From Anaeramoeba ignava BMAN (taxonomy: Eukaryota > Protista > Anaeramoebae): DNA of 64,000 nt. Shown one piece after another: positions 26,995 to 39,803 of this stretch. The stretch lies in contig JAPDFW010000130.1 of the NCBI GenBank assembly GCA_028826165.1, positions 1 to 64,000 on the forward strand, in the 5' to 3' direction. The notes under the pieces were generated by a model. It was given only the letters and a program-made list of their open reading frames with translations. It ran no database searches and was not told the origin of the DNA. How positions within the stretch are numbered: position 1 is the first letter of the stretch; every line of letters begins with the position of its first letter. A program made the position numbers and the translations under genes.

Positions 26995-27893
26995 ATCAAA
27001 TTAAATCATTTTATTTCTCTTTTTTCATTCAATTTCTTTCATTCTATTTTTCTATTTCTTTCTTTTTTGTGATTCTTTTGAATTCATTTTTTTTTCTTTT
27101 CGAAAGAATTACATTTCCATTAAACTCTCCTTTCCTTTTTAATTTGATTTGATTTGATTTAATTTAATTTGATTTAATTTAATTTGATTTGATTTAATTT
27201 GATTTGATTTGATTTAATTTGATTTAATTTGATTTAATTTGATTTAATTTGATTTAATTTGAATTTAATTTGATTTAATTTGATTTAATTTGATTTAATT
27301 TGATTTGATTTAATTTAATTTGATTTAATTTGATTTAATTTGATTTAATTTGATTTAATTTGATTTGATTTGATTTGATTTGATTTGATTTGATTTGATT
27401 TGATTTGATTTAATTTGAATTGATTTAATTTAATTGATTTAATTGATTTGATTTAATTTGATTTAATTTAATTTGATTTGATTTAATTTAATTGATTTAA
27501 TTGATTTGATTTAATTTGATTTAATTTAATTTAATTTAATTTAATTTAATTGATTTGATTTAATTTGATTGATTTAATTTAATTTGATTTAATTGATTTG
27601 ATTTAATTTAATTGATTTGATTGATTTAATTTGATTTGATTTGATTTGATTTGATTTAATTTGATTTGATTTAGTTTAAATGAATTAATTTGATTTAATG
27701 AAGAAAAAAAAAAAGGAGAAAAAAGAAGGAGAAAATTGGAAAAAAAATTTTTTTAATTTATTTTTTTTGGGGGATTAGTTTAAAAAGGGGGATTTCTAAA
27801 AAATAAAATTTTTGTTGATTAAAATTAAATATTTATTGGAATAGAATAACCATTTATAATTGAATTTCCTTATTAAAAAATTTTACATTAAAA

Positions 27894-27899
27894 CACGTG
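27894..27899. promoter_or_regulatory. CACGTG (E-box-like) motif upstream of oxidoreductase paralogue 2
   Basis: Same aaaaCACGTG motif, about 130 bp upstream of the ATG. Confidence 0.4.
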
Positions 27900-28026
27900 G
27901 AAATAAAAATAAAAAAACCAAAATAAAAGAAGAAAAAACCCAAAAAAAAAAATAATTTATTTTTCAATTAAATTGATTTAAATTTAAACAATAAAAAAAT
28001 AAAAAAACCAAAAATTAAATACACAA

Positions 28027-29661
28027 ATGTCAAATAAACGAGATTTAATTATAATTGGCGGTGGACCAGGAGGAGTTACATGTGCAAATGTAGTAAAAAA
28101 TTGGGGTAAATCTATGGGAAAAGAATTATCAATAATGATGATTAAAGAAGAAGAAAGATTAGTTAATAGATGTTCAATGCCTTATGGAATGGATTACAAA
28201 AAGCCTTATGAAGATTTCCTTATTGCTCAATCACACTTTACAAACGCAGCTGAACTTAAAATTGATACTGTTACTAAAATTCTTCCTGAAGAATCTCAAA
28301 GTTGTTACTAAATCTGGTGAAGAATTTGAATATACAAATCTTGTAATTGCTACTGGTGCTTCTCCTTTTGTTCCTCCTATTGATTTGATTGATTCAAAAA
28401 ATATTTTAACTATTCGAAATTTTCAAGATCTTGCAAAAGCAAGAGATTTAGCAGAACATGCTGAAAAGAAAAAAGTTGCTGTTATTGGAGCTGGTTATAT
28501 TGGAGTTGAAGTGGCTGCAAGTTTTATAAATCTTGGATTTGATGTTACACTTGTTGAAATGGTAAATATTTGATTTTTAATTTAATATTTAATATTTAAT
28601 ATTTAATATTTAATATTTAATATTTAATATTTAATATTTAATATTTAATTTAATATTTGATTTAATATTTAATATTTAATATTTAATATTTAATATTTAA
28701 TATTTAATATTTAATATTTAATTTAATATTTAATATTTATATTTAATTTAATATTTAATTTAATATTTTAATATTTAATATTTAATATTTTAATATTTAT
28801 ATTTGATATTGATTTTATTTTATTATTTAGTTGCCTCATGCTATGCAATTAACAACTGATAGTGAATTCATTGAAATTATTGAAAAAGAATTAATAGATA
28901 ACAAAATTAATCTAAAATTAGGCCAAAAATTAACAGGATTTGTTAAATCAGAAAAAAATCCAGAAAATGTTTCTCATATAATTTTAGATTCAGAAGAAAA
29001 AATTGAAGTTGATTTTGTTGTTCTTTCAATAGGAGTAAGACCAAATACAAAACTTGCAGCAGATTGTGGAATTGAAGTTACAAGACAAGGAATTGTTACT
29101 AATAATAATTTACAAACAAAATATCCAAATATTTACGCATTAGGAGATGCTACTCAAAAAAAATCACTTATAACACAAAAACCAATTGTTTCACAATTTG
29201 CAACATCAGCAGTTTTCATGGCCAAAGTAGTAGCAATGAATGTTCTTGGAACGAAAAAAGAATGCAAAGGAGTAATCAATAGTTATTGCACTAAAATATT
29301 TAGTTGGGGAATTGGAGGAGCTGGACTTACAGAAGAACAAGCAAAAGCTGAAGGATTTGATTATGTTGTTGGATTTTCAAAAATTGATGATAAATATCCA
29401 ATGTTGAATCCATCACCTGTTACTACTAAAATGATTTTCAATAAAAAAGATATGAAATTAATTGGAGGATGTGCAATGAAAAAAGGAACAAGTGCTGCTC
29501 ATCTTTCTGATTGGTTTAGTTTAAGTATCCAAAATGGAATGACTATTGAAAGTATTATGGATTTCCAATACTCTACTCATCCAGAACTCAATGCAAGACC
29601 AAGTCAAAATATGTATGTTGCAGCTGCTCAAAATGCATTGATGAAATTACAAAAGAAATAA
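28027..29661 (+). CDS. FAD-dependent NADH oxidase / CoA-disulfide reductase family, paralogue 2 (1-nt insertion near 28297)
   Basis: Exons 28027-28561 and 28831-29661, with the same intron position as paralogue 1. Redox motif NRCSMPY. Extra C in gaatctCaaagtt versus gaatctaaagtt in paralogue 1. Confidence 0.85.
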
Positions 29662-29816
29662 ATCAAAATAAATCAAATTAAATCAAAAAAAAAATTTTTT
29701 TTTTCATTCCACTTTTTCATTTCTTTTTCCAAAAGTTTAAATTTTTAATTAAATTCAAAATTCAAAATTTCTTTTTCATTTTTTTTCATTTTCATTTTTT
29801 TCTTTGTTTCAAAAAA

Positions 29817-32153
29817 ATGTTAAATTCTTTTCTTTTTGACTTTTTTAATTCTTCAGAATCTGAAGAAATAAAAGCGAAAAACCAAGAACGTTTTTTTCAT
29901 TTGATATTTTTATTACCATTTAGTTTATTAAAACTTACTTTTTTAGCAACAATCTTATTAATACACGATTTTATTGTTTTTTTTACATTCCCAACAAGAT
30001 TCATAAGATTTTTAGCAAGTTTTGTTTCAAGTATATTTTCAAGTGAAAGAAAAAGAAAGTTTGAAAAAATAATCAAAAATGATATTTTATTTGTTTGTTA
30101 TTTAATGATTCTTGTTATAACTGTTTATGTGTTTGCTGTGAATTTTAATTCTTCAATAATATATCATCAAATTCGTGCACAATCACAATTAAAACTTTAT
30201 TTCATTGACAATTTCTTGATGTTGTGCCATAATTTACTCAGTTCATTTGAATTGACTTTGTTTCACTATTTGAATTTTTGTGTGTATAATTTAAACAAGC
30301 AAAAAATTAAGCGTCATTTAATTATTGTGTTGTTCATTTTATTTATAACAAATTTTGTGCATGTTCTTTTGCTTTCTATTGTTGTTCTTACTTTGAATGC
30401 CATTATTAATTCAGACCAAAGTATTTTGACAGCTTTTTTAGTTTCAAGCAAATTATCTGAAATTCGAAGAACATTGTTTAGAAATTTCTCTCCTGAAAAT
30501 TTATTTCAAATTGCTTGTTCAGATATTGTTGGCAAATATCAAAGATTTGTGTTTTTGCTTATTGTTTATGCAAGGAATTTATTTGGAGGAAAAGAAGTTC
30601 GTTTTTCATTTGAATCCTTGAATTTTTTGGTTCAATTTTTTTTGATTGATTTGTGTGTAGATTGGTTTAAGCATTTTTTTTTGAATATGAAGAACAAATT
30701 CCCGATAACAATTTATCAATATTTCCGGGTTATTTTATGTCAAGATTTTTATTATGGAATTTGGGTTAATTATCAACGAGATTTAAACAATTTAAACAAT
30801 TTAAACAATTTAAACAATTTAAACAATTTAAATAATTTAAACAATTTAAATAATTTAAATAATTTAAACAATTTAAATAATTTAAATAATTTAAACAATT
30901 TAAATAATTTAAATAATTTAAACAATTTAAATAATTTAAATAATTTAAACAATAATTTAAACAATAATTTAAATAACAATTTAAACAATTTAAACAATTT
31001 AAACAATTTAAATAATAATTTAAACAATAATTTAAACAATTTAAACAATAATTTAAATAATTTAAACAATAATTTAAACAATTTAAACAATTTAAACAAT
31101 AATTTAAACAATAATTTAAACAATTTAAACAATAATTTAAACAATAATTTAAACAATAATTTAAACAATTTAAACAATAATTTAAATAACAATTTAAACA
31201 ATTTAAATAATTTAAACAATAATTTAAACAACAATTTAAAACAATAATCCAAAAATAATTTAAATAATAATTTAAAAATAATTTTAAACAATTTAAACAA
31301 TTTAAATAATTTAAACAATAATTTAAACAATTTAAACAATTTAAACAATAATTTAAACAATTTAAACAATTTAAACAATAATTTAAACAATTTAAATAAT
31401 AATTTAAAAAATAATTTAAATAATAATTTAAACAATAATTTAAATAATAATTTAAACAATAATTTAAATAATAATCCAAAAAATAATTTAAACAATTTAA
31501 GCAATTTAAACAATTTAAACAATTTAAATAATAATTTAAATAATAATTTAAACAACAATTTAAATAATAATCCAAAAAATAATTTAAATAATAATTTAAA
31601 CAATAATTTAAACAACAATTTAAACAATAATTTAAACAATAATTTAAACAATAATTTAAACAATAATTTAAATAATAATCCAAAAAATAATCCAAAAAAT
31701 AATCCAAAAAATAATCCAAAAAATAATCCAAAAAATAATCCAATTTATATTATTGGAGAAACTCATAATTTATATCAAAGAATGGGATTTTCATTTCTTT
31801 CCTTTTATAATGTAATTGCAGTTTTTACAATTAAAGCTTTGATTTTTTTAGGTGGTACAGAAACAGAAGGTGGAATAATACTCAATATTATCCCTAAAAA
31901 ACATCTCAATGCAACAACTGAATTACTTTCTCATCAATTCAAAATCAAAAATTGGAAAATTTTTTTCAATTTATTTAACATTTTTGTTTTGATAATAATT
32001 ATTATTTTACTTGCAATTCTTATTAGATTTATTCTTTCAAGAATAATCATCATTTATTCTAAATCTCTCATTTCTAGAAAAGGTCTTTCAGAAAAACAAA
32101 TACCTTTAACTTATATAAAAAGATGGGAAATGTTTGGAAGAAAATTAATGTAA
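29817..32153 (+). CDS. TAPT1: TAPT1/EMP65 (DUF747) family membrane protein with an Asn/Leu-rich insert
   Basis: Motifs IYHQIRAQSQLKLY, ENLFQIACSDIV, VDWFKHFF and RMGF. The two ORFs share one frame. The single TAA at 31245-31247 arises from compensating homopolymer indels inside the NNL repeat. Confidence 0.8.
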
Positions 32154-32599
32154 AAAAAAAATATTTTATTTTAAACCAAAAAGTGGAAAAAAATTCTCTT
32201 TAAAAAGATATAAAAATAAATTGAGAATTTAAATGAAAAATTAAACTGAATTTTTTTTTATTTTTAATTTATTTTTAAAACGTTTTTATTTTCATTTTTT
32301 CATTTTTTCTTTTTTCCTTTTTTTATAAACAAAACGAAACTTTTTCCTTTATTTTTTACTTTTCTTATTTTTTTACTTTTATTTTTACTTTTATTTTTAT
32401 TTTTACTTTTTATTTTCATTAAAGCTATTGTAACATTTCCTGTAAAAAAATTTTTTTTAACAAAAAACAAAAAACAAAAAAAACTTTTTTTTTTACTAAT
32501 TAAAATGAAAAACAATTATTAAAATAATTATGAATCACCACAATTTATATTTTCAAATTAAAAAAAAAATTTTAATCAAAATTCTTCATCAAAATTCAA

Positions 32600-33850
32600 A
32601 TATCAAATTAATATCAATTTAAATATCAATTTAAATATCAATTTTAATATCAATTTAAATATTAAATTAAATATCAAATTAAATATCAATTTTAATATCA
32701 AATTAAATATCAAATTAAATATCAATTTAAATATCAATTTAAATATCAATTTAAATATCAATTTAAATATCAATTTTAATATCAATTTAAATATTAATTT
32801 AAATATCAATTTTAAATATCAATTTTAATATCAATTTTAATATCAATTTTAATATCAATTTTAAATATCAATTTAAATATCAATTTAAATATTAATTTAA
32901 ATATCAATTTAAATATCAATTTTAATATCAATTTTAATATCAATTTAAATATCAATTTAAATTTTAATATCAATTTTAATATCAATTTAAATATCAAATT
33001 AATATCAATTTTAATAATAATTTTAATATCAATTTTAATATCAATTTTAATATCAATTTTAATATCAATTTTAATATCAATTTAAATATCAATTTTAATA
33101 TCAATTTAAATATCAATTTTAATATCAATTTTAATATCAATTTTAATATCAATTTTAATATTAATTTAAATATCAATTTTAATATCAATTTTAATATCAA
33201 TTTTAAATATCAATTTAAATATCAATTTAAATATCAAATTAAATATCAAATTTAAATATCAATTTTAAATATCAATTTAAATATCAATTTTTTAAATATC
33301 AATTTTAAATATCAATTTTTAATATCAATTTTAAATATCAATTTAAATATTAATTTTAATATCAATTTTTAATATCAATTTTAATATCAATTTAAATATC
33401 AATTTTTAAATATCAATTTAAATATCAATTTTAATATCAAATTAAATATTAATTTAAATATCAATTTTTAATATCAATTTTTTAAATAATAATTTTAATA
33501 TCAATTTAAATATCAAATTAAATATCAAATTAATATCAATTTTTAATATCAATTTTAAATATCAATTTTAATATCAATTTTAAATATCAATTTTAATATC
33601 AATTTAAATATCAATTTAAATATCAATTTTAATATCAATTTTAATATCAATTTTAATATCAATTTTAATATCAATTTTAATATCAATTTTAATATCAATT
33701 TAAATATCAATTTAAATATCAATTTAAATATCAATTTTAATATTAATTTAAACAATAATTTTAATATCAATTTTAATATTAATTTAAATATCAATTTAAA
33801 TATCAAATTAATATTAATTTAAACAATAATTTAAATATCAATTTTAATAT
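32600..33850. repeat. 12-bp minisatellite (aatatcaatttt/aatatcaattta) upstream of the Rab gene
   Basis: Direct inspection. It ends near ttAG, 9 nt before the Rab ATG, so it may fill a 5'-UTR intron. Confidence 0.85.
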
Positions 33851-33879
33851 TAATCAAAATGATTTAATTAGTGGGGATC

Positions 33880-35603
33880 ATGTCATATGAGAATAAAGAA
33901 AAATTAGATCAAGTAAAAGAGTCACATCAAGAAGATTCAACAAATGAAAGTGACGAAAATGATCAAAAAATTGATGATATAACTCAACCACATCAAATTG
34001 AGGTTGATGATGATGAAAATCAAAAAGAAGATTATTTATTAAAAATTCTTCTTGTTGGTTTGTTTTCATTTAAATTAAAATCAAAATACAAATCAAAATA
34101 CAAATCAAAATCAAAATCAAAATCAAAATCAAAATCAAAATTTAAATCAAAATTTAAATCAAAATTTAAATCAAAATTTAAATCAAAATTTAAATCAAAA
34201 TTTAAATTAAAATACAAATCAAAATCAAAATTAAAATTTAAATTAAAATTTAAATCAAAATCAAAATCAAAATTAAAATCAAAATTAAAATCAAAATTTA
34301 AATCAAAATTTAAATCAAAATTTAAATCAAAATTTAAATCAAAATTAAAATACAAATTAAAATTAAAATAGGTGATAGTGCAGTTGGAAAATCAAATTTA
34401 TTATCAAGATTTTGTACTAATGAATTTGATCCAAATTCAAAAAGTACGATTGGAGTTGAATTTGCAACAAAAAGTGTTAAAATCAAAGAAACATTAATAA
34501 AAGCACAAATATGGGTAAAAAAAAACAAAAAAAAAAAGCAAATCTAGACAAATTTTCTAATCACAATAATTCTTACAAAACAAAATAAATAGGACACAGC
34601 AGGTCAAGAAAGATATGATTCTGTTACAAAAAGGTTCAAAAAAAATTTTTTTATTAAAACTCTTTTAAATCAATTTATTTTCCTTTTTAATATTTTAGTT
34701 ATTATCGTGGAGCTATTGGTGCTTTGGTTGTTTATGATATTACTAATCATATTACTTTTGAACATTCAAATAAATGGATTACAGCTGTTAAAGAAAATTC
34801 TCATCCAAATATTTTGATTTTACTTGTTGGAAACAAAATTGATTTAAAAGAAAAACGTCAAGTTACTCATGATGAAGTATATATTAGGAATATTTGAACA
34901 AATTTAAAATTTAGATTCAAAATTTAAATCAAATTTAAAATTCAAATTCATTTATAAAATTAAAATTAAAATTAAAATTAAAATCAAAATTCGGATAAAA
35001 AATTAAAATTAAAAATTAAAATTAAAATTAAAATTAAAATTAAAATTAAAATTAAAATTAAAATTTAAATTCATTTATAAAATTAAAATTAAAATTCATT
35101 TATAAAATTAAAATTAAAAAATAAAATTAAAATTAAAATTAAAATTAAAATTAATATTAAATTTAAAATTAAAATTTAGATTCAAAATTAAAAATAAAAT
35201 CAAAATTTAAAATTAAAATTAAAATTAAAATCAAAATTAAAATTAATATTAAAATTAAAATTAAAATTAAAATTAAAATTAAAATTAAAATTAAAATTAA
35301 AATTAAAATTAAAATTTAAATTAAAATTTAAAAATTAAAATTTAAAATAAATTGGAAAAAAATTAAAATTAAAAGGGAAAAAAATTTGCAGAAGAAAATG
35401 GACTTGCTTTTATTGAAACTTCTGCTTTAGATTCAACAAATGTTGAAGAAGCTTTTTTAACTATTTTGGAAAATATTTTAGAAGCAATTCAACAAAAAAA
35501 TGCTAATTTACAACAACAAACAACTCAACAAAATCAATCTCACGTAATTTCTCAAGATGGTTTAATGATTCAAGAAAAAAAACGTAAAAGAAAATGCTGC
35601 TAA
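33880..35603 (+). CDS. RAB11: Rab11-like small GTPase with an acidic N-terminal extension
   Basis: Exons 33880-34057, 34372-34514, 34593-34633, 34699-34876 and 35376-35603. Motifs [20 protein letters not shown]|[27 protein letters not shown] and C-terminal CC. Confidence 0.9.
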
Positions 35604-35872
35604 ACTTTTATCCATTTTTTTTTCCACTTTTTTTGAAATGATTAATTTTTTTTTTCTTTCTTTCTTTCTTTCTTAAAAAATCAAGTTTTTTTTCATTTTT
35701 CTTTCTTTCTTTTTCTTTTTTTTTTCTTCTTCTTTTTTTTGGATATTTTTTCACTTTCAAGAAAGAAAAATAAATAAAAACAAATTGAAAAAAAAATTCA
35801 ATTTTGATTAAATTATTATTAAAATCAAATTTAAAATCAAATTTAAATTTAAAATCAAATTTAAAATTAAAA

Positions 35873-37274
35873 TCATTTTCTTCTAGCAAAATAGGATTCA
35901 AGACCTGTTGGATTTATATGTTGAAGAGGACAATTTTTATCTTTACATTTACCATAAATCTGATAATCAACACAAACTAAAATAATAAATATAAAATATT
36001 AAATATAAAATAATAAATATTAAATATAAAATATTAAAATAATAAATATTATTAACCTTTTCTTTTGGTTTTTTTTCTTGTATCAAGAAAAAAAATCTTT
36101 TCAAGAAATTCAGGATTTATATCAGCTTTTCCAAATTCTTTTATTAAAATTTTTTCTTTATCTTTCCTTAAAGGATTTGGATGTTGATAAGGACACAAAG
36201 TAGAATAACAATTACCCAAATAAGGGCAAATAACTATATCTTTTGGATGAAGATTAAAATTAGGATTTTGAATATGTTCCGTTTTAGAACACATTTGATG
36301 ATTTAATAAAAAAGAGCATATCTGTTGTTGTTGTTGTGGTTGTTGTTGTTGTTGTTCATCACTTTCAAAATTTTCAAAACTTTCAAAACTGTCAAAACTG
36401 TCAAAACTGTCAACATTTTCAATATTTTCAACTTCTTGGATATCAATATATTTTTCATAGTTGTCAATTTTGACATTACATTTGGGACACTTGTCCTCAT
36501 TTTCCATAGAAGCTTCTACAAAGCAATTGCGGCAAAACGCTCTTTCACAATGTTCACATCTCACGAGATCGTGGATGGTTCTGCGGCACACTGGGCATCT
36601 TCTTCTTCTATGGGATCTATTTGATCTTCTTGAATTTCTATTGTGTTTTTTTTGTTCTTCATCTGAAAAAAATTGTGTTTCATTTTGTTCATTAAAGGAT
36701 TTTTCGAAATCATTAATTATTTCTGCATCCAAAACAATAGATTCAGAATTTTTATTTTGTGAATCAATTTGAATATTTTCTTGAATATTTTCATCTTGAA
36801 TTTTTTCATCTTGAATATTTTCATCTTGAATATTTTCATCTTGAATATTTTCATCTTGAATATTTTCATCTTCAATTTTTTCATCTTGAATATTTTGATT
36901 AATTTTTTGATTATTTTTTTGATTATTATTTTGATTATTTTTTTGATTATTATTTTGATTATTTTCTTTTTCTTTTTCTTCTAAAAGTTTTAATTCATAA
37001 TAAAGTTGTTCTAATTGATTATTTCTTTTTGGATGTCGGATTTTTGTTTTGCAAATTGGACAACGATCTCCTCTTTCAAGCCATTGAGAAAGGCATCCTT
37101 GACAGAAACTATGTCCGTTTGGACACATTGTTATTGGAGGTTCCATTGACATTTTACTTTAAAATTATTATAAAAAATTTTTCCTTTTTAATTTTGTAAA
37201 TTTTCTTTCTTTTTATTTTTCATTTGTTTTTTTTACCAGATTGGGCATTCAAAACTTTGTAGATTTTCAATCAT
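35873..37274 (-). CDS. RING-finger (C3HC4) + second Cys-rich finger + CCCH zinc-finger protein
   Basis: Exons 37274-37237, 37156-36057 and 35976-35873. RING: CPIC...CPNGHSFCQGC...CPIC. Second finger: CPVC...CEHC...CRNC...CPKC. CCCH: CPYLGNCYSTLCPYQH and CVDYQIYGKCKDKNCPLQH. Confidence 0.8.
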
Positions 37275-37349
37275 TTTAAAAATTATTAATCAAAAAAAAA
37301 TGAAAAGAAAAAAATGAAAAAAATGAAAATAAATTTTTCCTCTTTATTT

Positions 37350-39530
37350 ATTAAAAATTAATTTATTATTTATAAAAATTAATTTATTATTTAAATTATT
37401 TATTTTATTTAATTTAAATTATAAATTTTAAATAAATTTCAAAAATTTTTTAAAATAAATATTAAAAAAAAGATTTTTAAATCTAAATTATTTATTTTGT
37501 TTAAATTTAAAATTATTTTAAATTTTTTAAATCAATTTCAAAATAATTTTTAATAAATAAATATTAAAAAAATTGAATTAAATTAATTTATTATTTATAA
37601 ATAAAATTAATTAAAATAATATTTTAAAAAAGATTTTAAATTTAAATTATTTATTTTATTTAATTTAAATTATAAATTTTTAAATAAATTTCAAATCAAT
37701 TTTTAATAAATAAATATAAAAATTGAATTAAATTAATTTATTATTTATAAATAAAATTAATTAAAATAATATTTTAAAAAGATTTTAAATTTAAATTATT
37801 TATTTTATTTAATTTAAATTATAAATTTATAAATAAATTTCAAAATAATTTTTAATAAATAAATATTAAAAAAATTGAATTAAATTAATTTATTATTTAT
37901 AAATAAAATTATTTAAAATAATATTTTAAAAAAGATTTTAAATTTAAACTATTTATTTTATTTAATTTAAATTATAAATTTATAAATAAATTTCAAAATA
38001 ATTTTTAATAAATAAATATTAAAAAAATTGAATTAAATTAATTTATTATTTATAAATAAAATTAATTAAAATATTATTTTAAAAAGATTTTAAATTTAAA
38101 TTATTTATTTTATTTAATTTAAATTATAAATTTTTAAATAAATTTCAAATCAATTTTTAATAAATAAATATAAAAATTGAATTAAATTAATTTATTATTT
38201 ATAAATAAATTTAATTCATTTAATATTTTAAAAAGATTTTAAATTTAAATTATTTATTTTTATTTAATTTAAATTATAAATTTATAAATAAATTTCAAAA
38301 TAATTTTTAATTAAAATAAATATTTAAAAATTGAATTAAATTAATTTATTATTTATTTTATTTAATTTAAATTAATATTTTAAAAAGATTTTAAAATTTA
38401 AATTTAAAAATTGAATTAAATTAATTTATTATTTTTAAAATTAATTAGAATAAATTTTATAAATTTAAAATTTATTCCAAAATAATTTTTAATAAATAAA
38501 TAAAAATTAAAAATTTATCAATTAAATTAATTTAATTTATTTATTAAATAAAATAAATTTTAAAATAATATTTTAAAAAAGATTTTTAAATTTAATTTAT
38601 TTATTTTGTTTAATTTAAATTATAAATTTTATAGAAATCAATTTTTCAAAAATAATTTTTAATAAATAAATATTAAAAATTGAATTAAATTAATTTATTA
38701 TTTATAAATAAAATTATTTAAAATAATATTTTAAAAAAGATTTTAAATTTAAATTATTTATTTTATTTAATTTAAATTATAAATAAATTTAATTAATTTA
38801 ATATTTTAAAAAGATTTTAAGTTTAATTTATTTATTTTATTTTTAATTTAAATAAATTTTTAAATAATAATAAATAAAAATTGGAATTAAATTAATTTAT
38901 TATTTATAAATAAAATTAATTAAATTAATATTTTAAAAAGATTTTAAATTTAAATTATTTATTTTATTTAAATAAATAAATCAATTTTTAATAAATTTTT
39001 TAAATATTAAAAATTGAATTAAATTAATTTATTATTTATAAATAAAATTAATTCAATTAATATTTTAAAAAATTTTTTAAATTATTTATTTTATTTAATT
39101 TAAAAATAAATTTTTAATAAATAAATATTAAAAATAAAAATTGAATTAAATTAATTTATTATTTATAAATAAAATTAATTAAATTATTATTTTAAAAAAG
39201 ATTTTAAATTTAAATTATTTATTTTATTTAATTTAAATTATAAATTTTTAAATCAATTTCAAAATAATTTTTAATAAATAAATATTAAAAAAATTGAATT
39301 AAATTAATTTATTATTTATAAATAAAATTAATTAAAATAATATTTTAGAAAAGATTTTAAATTTAAATTATTTATTTTATTTAATTTAAATTATAAATTT
39401 TTAAATAAATTTCAAAAATAATTTTTAATAAATAAATATTAAAAAAATTGAATTAAATTAATTTATTATTTATAAATAAAATTAATTAGAATTTAATATT
39501 TTAAAAAAGATTTTAAATTTAAATTAATAT
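37350..39530. repeat. About 150-bp AT-rich tandem satellite (about 14 copies)
   Basis: The marker aattgaattaaattaatttattatttataaataaa recurs at about 37571, 37721, 37873, 38026, 38175 and onward. Confidence 0.85.
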
Positions 39531-39803
39531 AAATAAAATTTTAATTTGATTTTTTTTTTACTTTTATTGCTCTTTTTGCTAAAAAATGTTTGTTAATTAA
39601 GAGTGTAAAAAAAAAAAAGAATTTCTTTGTTGATTTGGAAAGGAAAAACTTTTGGAAAATGTTTTGGTAAAAAAAAATTAAAAAAAAAAAAACTTGATTG
39701 AAGAACTAATTAAAAAGAAAGAAAGAAAGAAAGAAAGGAAAAAATAAAAGTCAAAAATTTGATTTGATTTTTGATTGGATTTGATTTGATTTGTTTAAAA
39801 TTT

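Noticed and set aside
12400-28300. Frameshifts in the ankyrin-kinase, SMCR8-like and oxidase genes as programmed frameshifting or pseudogenisation
   Set aside because: Most are isolated 1-nt changes in homopolymer runs of otherwise intact genes, best explained as long-read consensus errors. The extra C near 28297 is not in a run and needs a read check.
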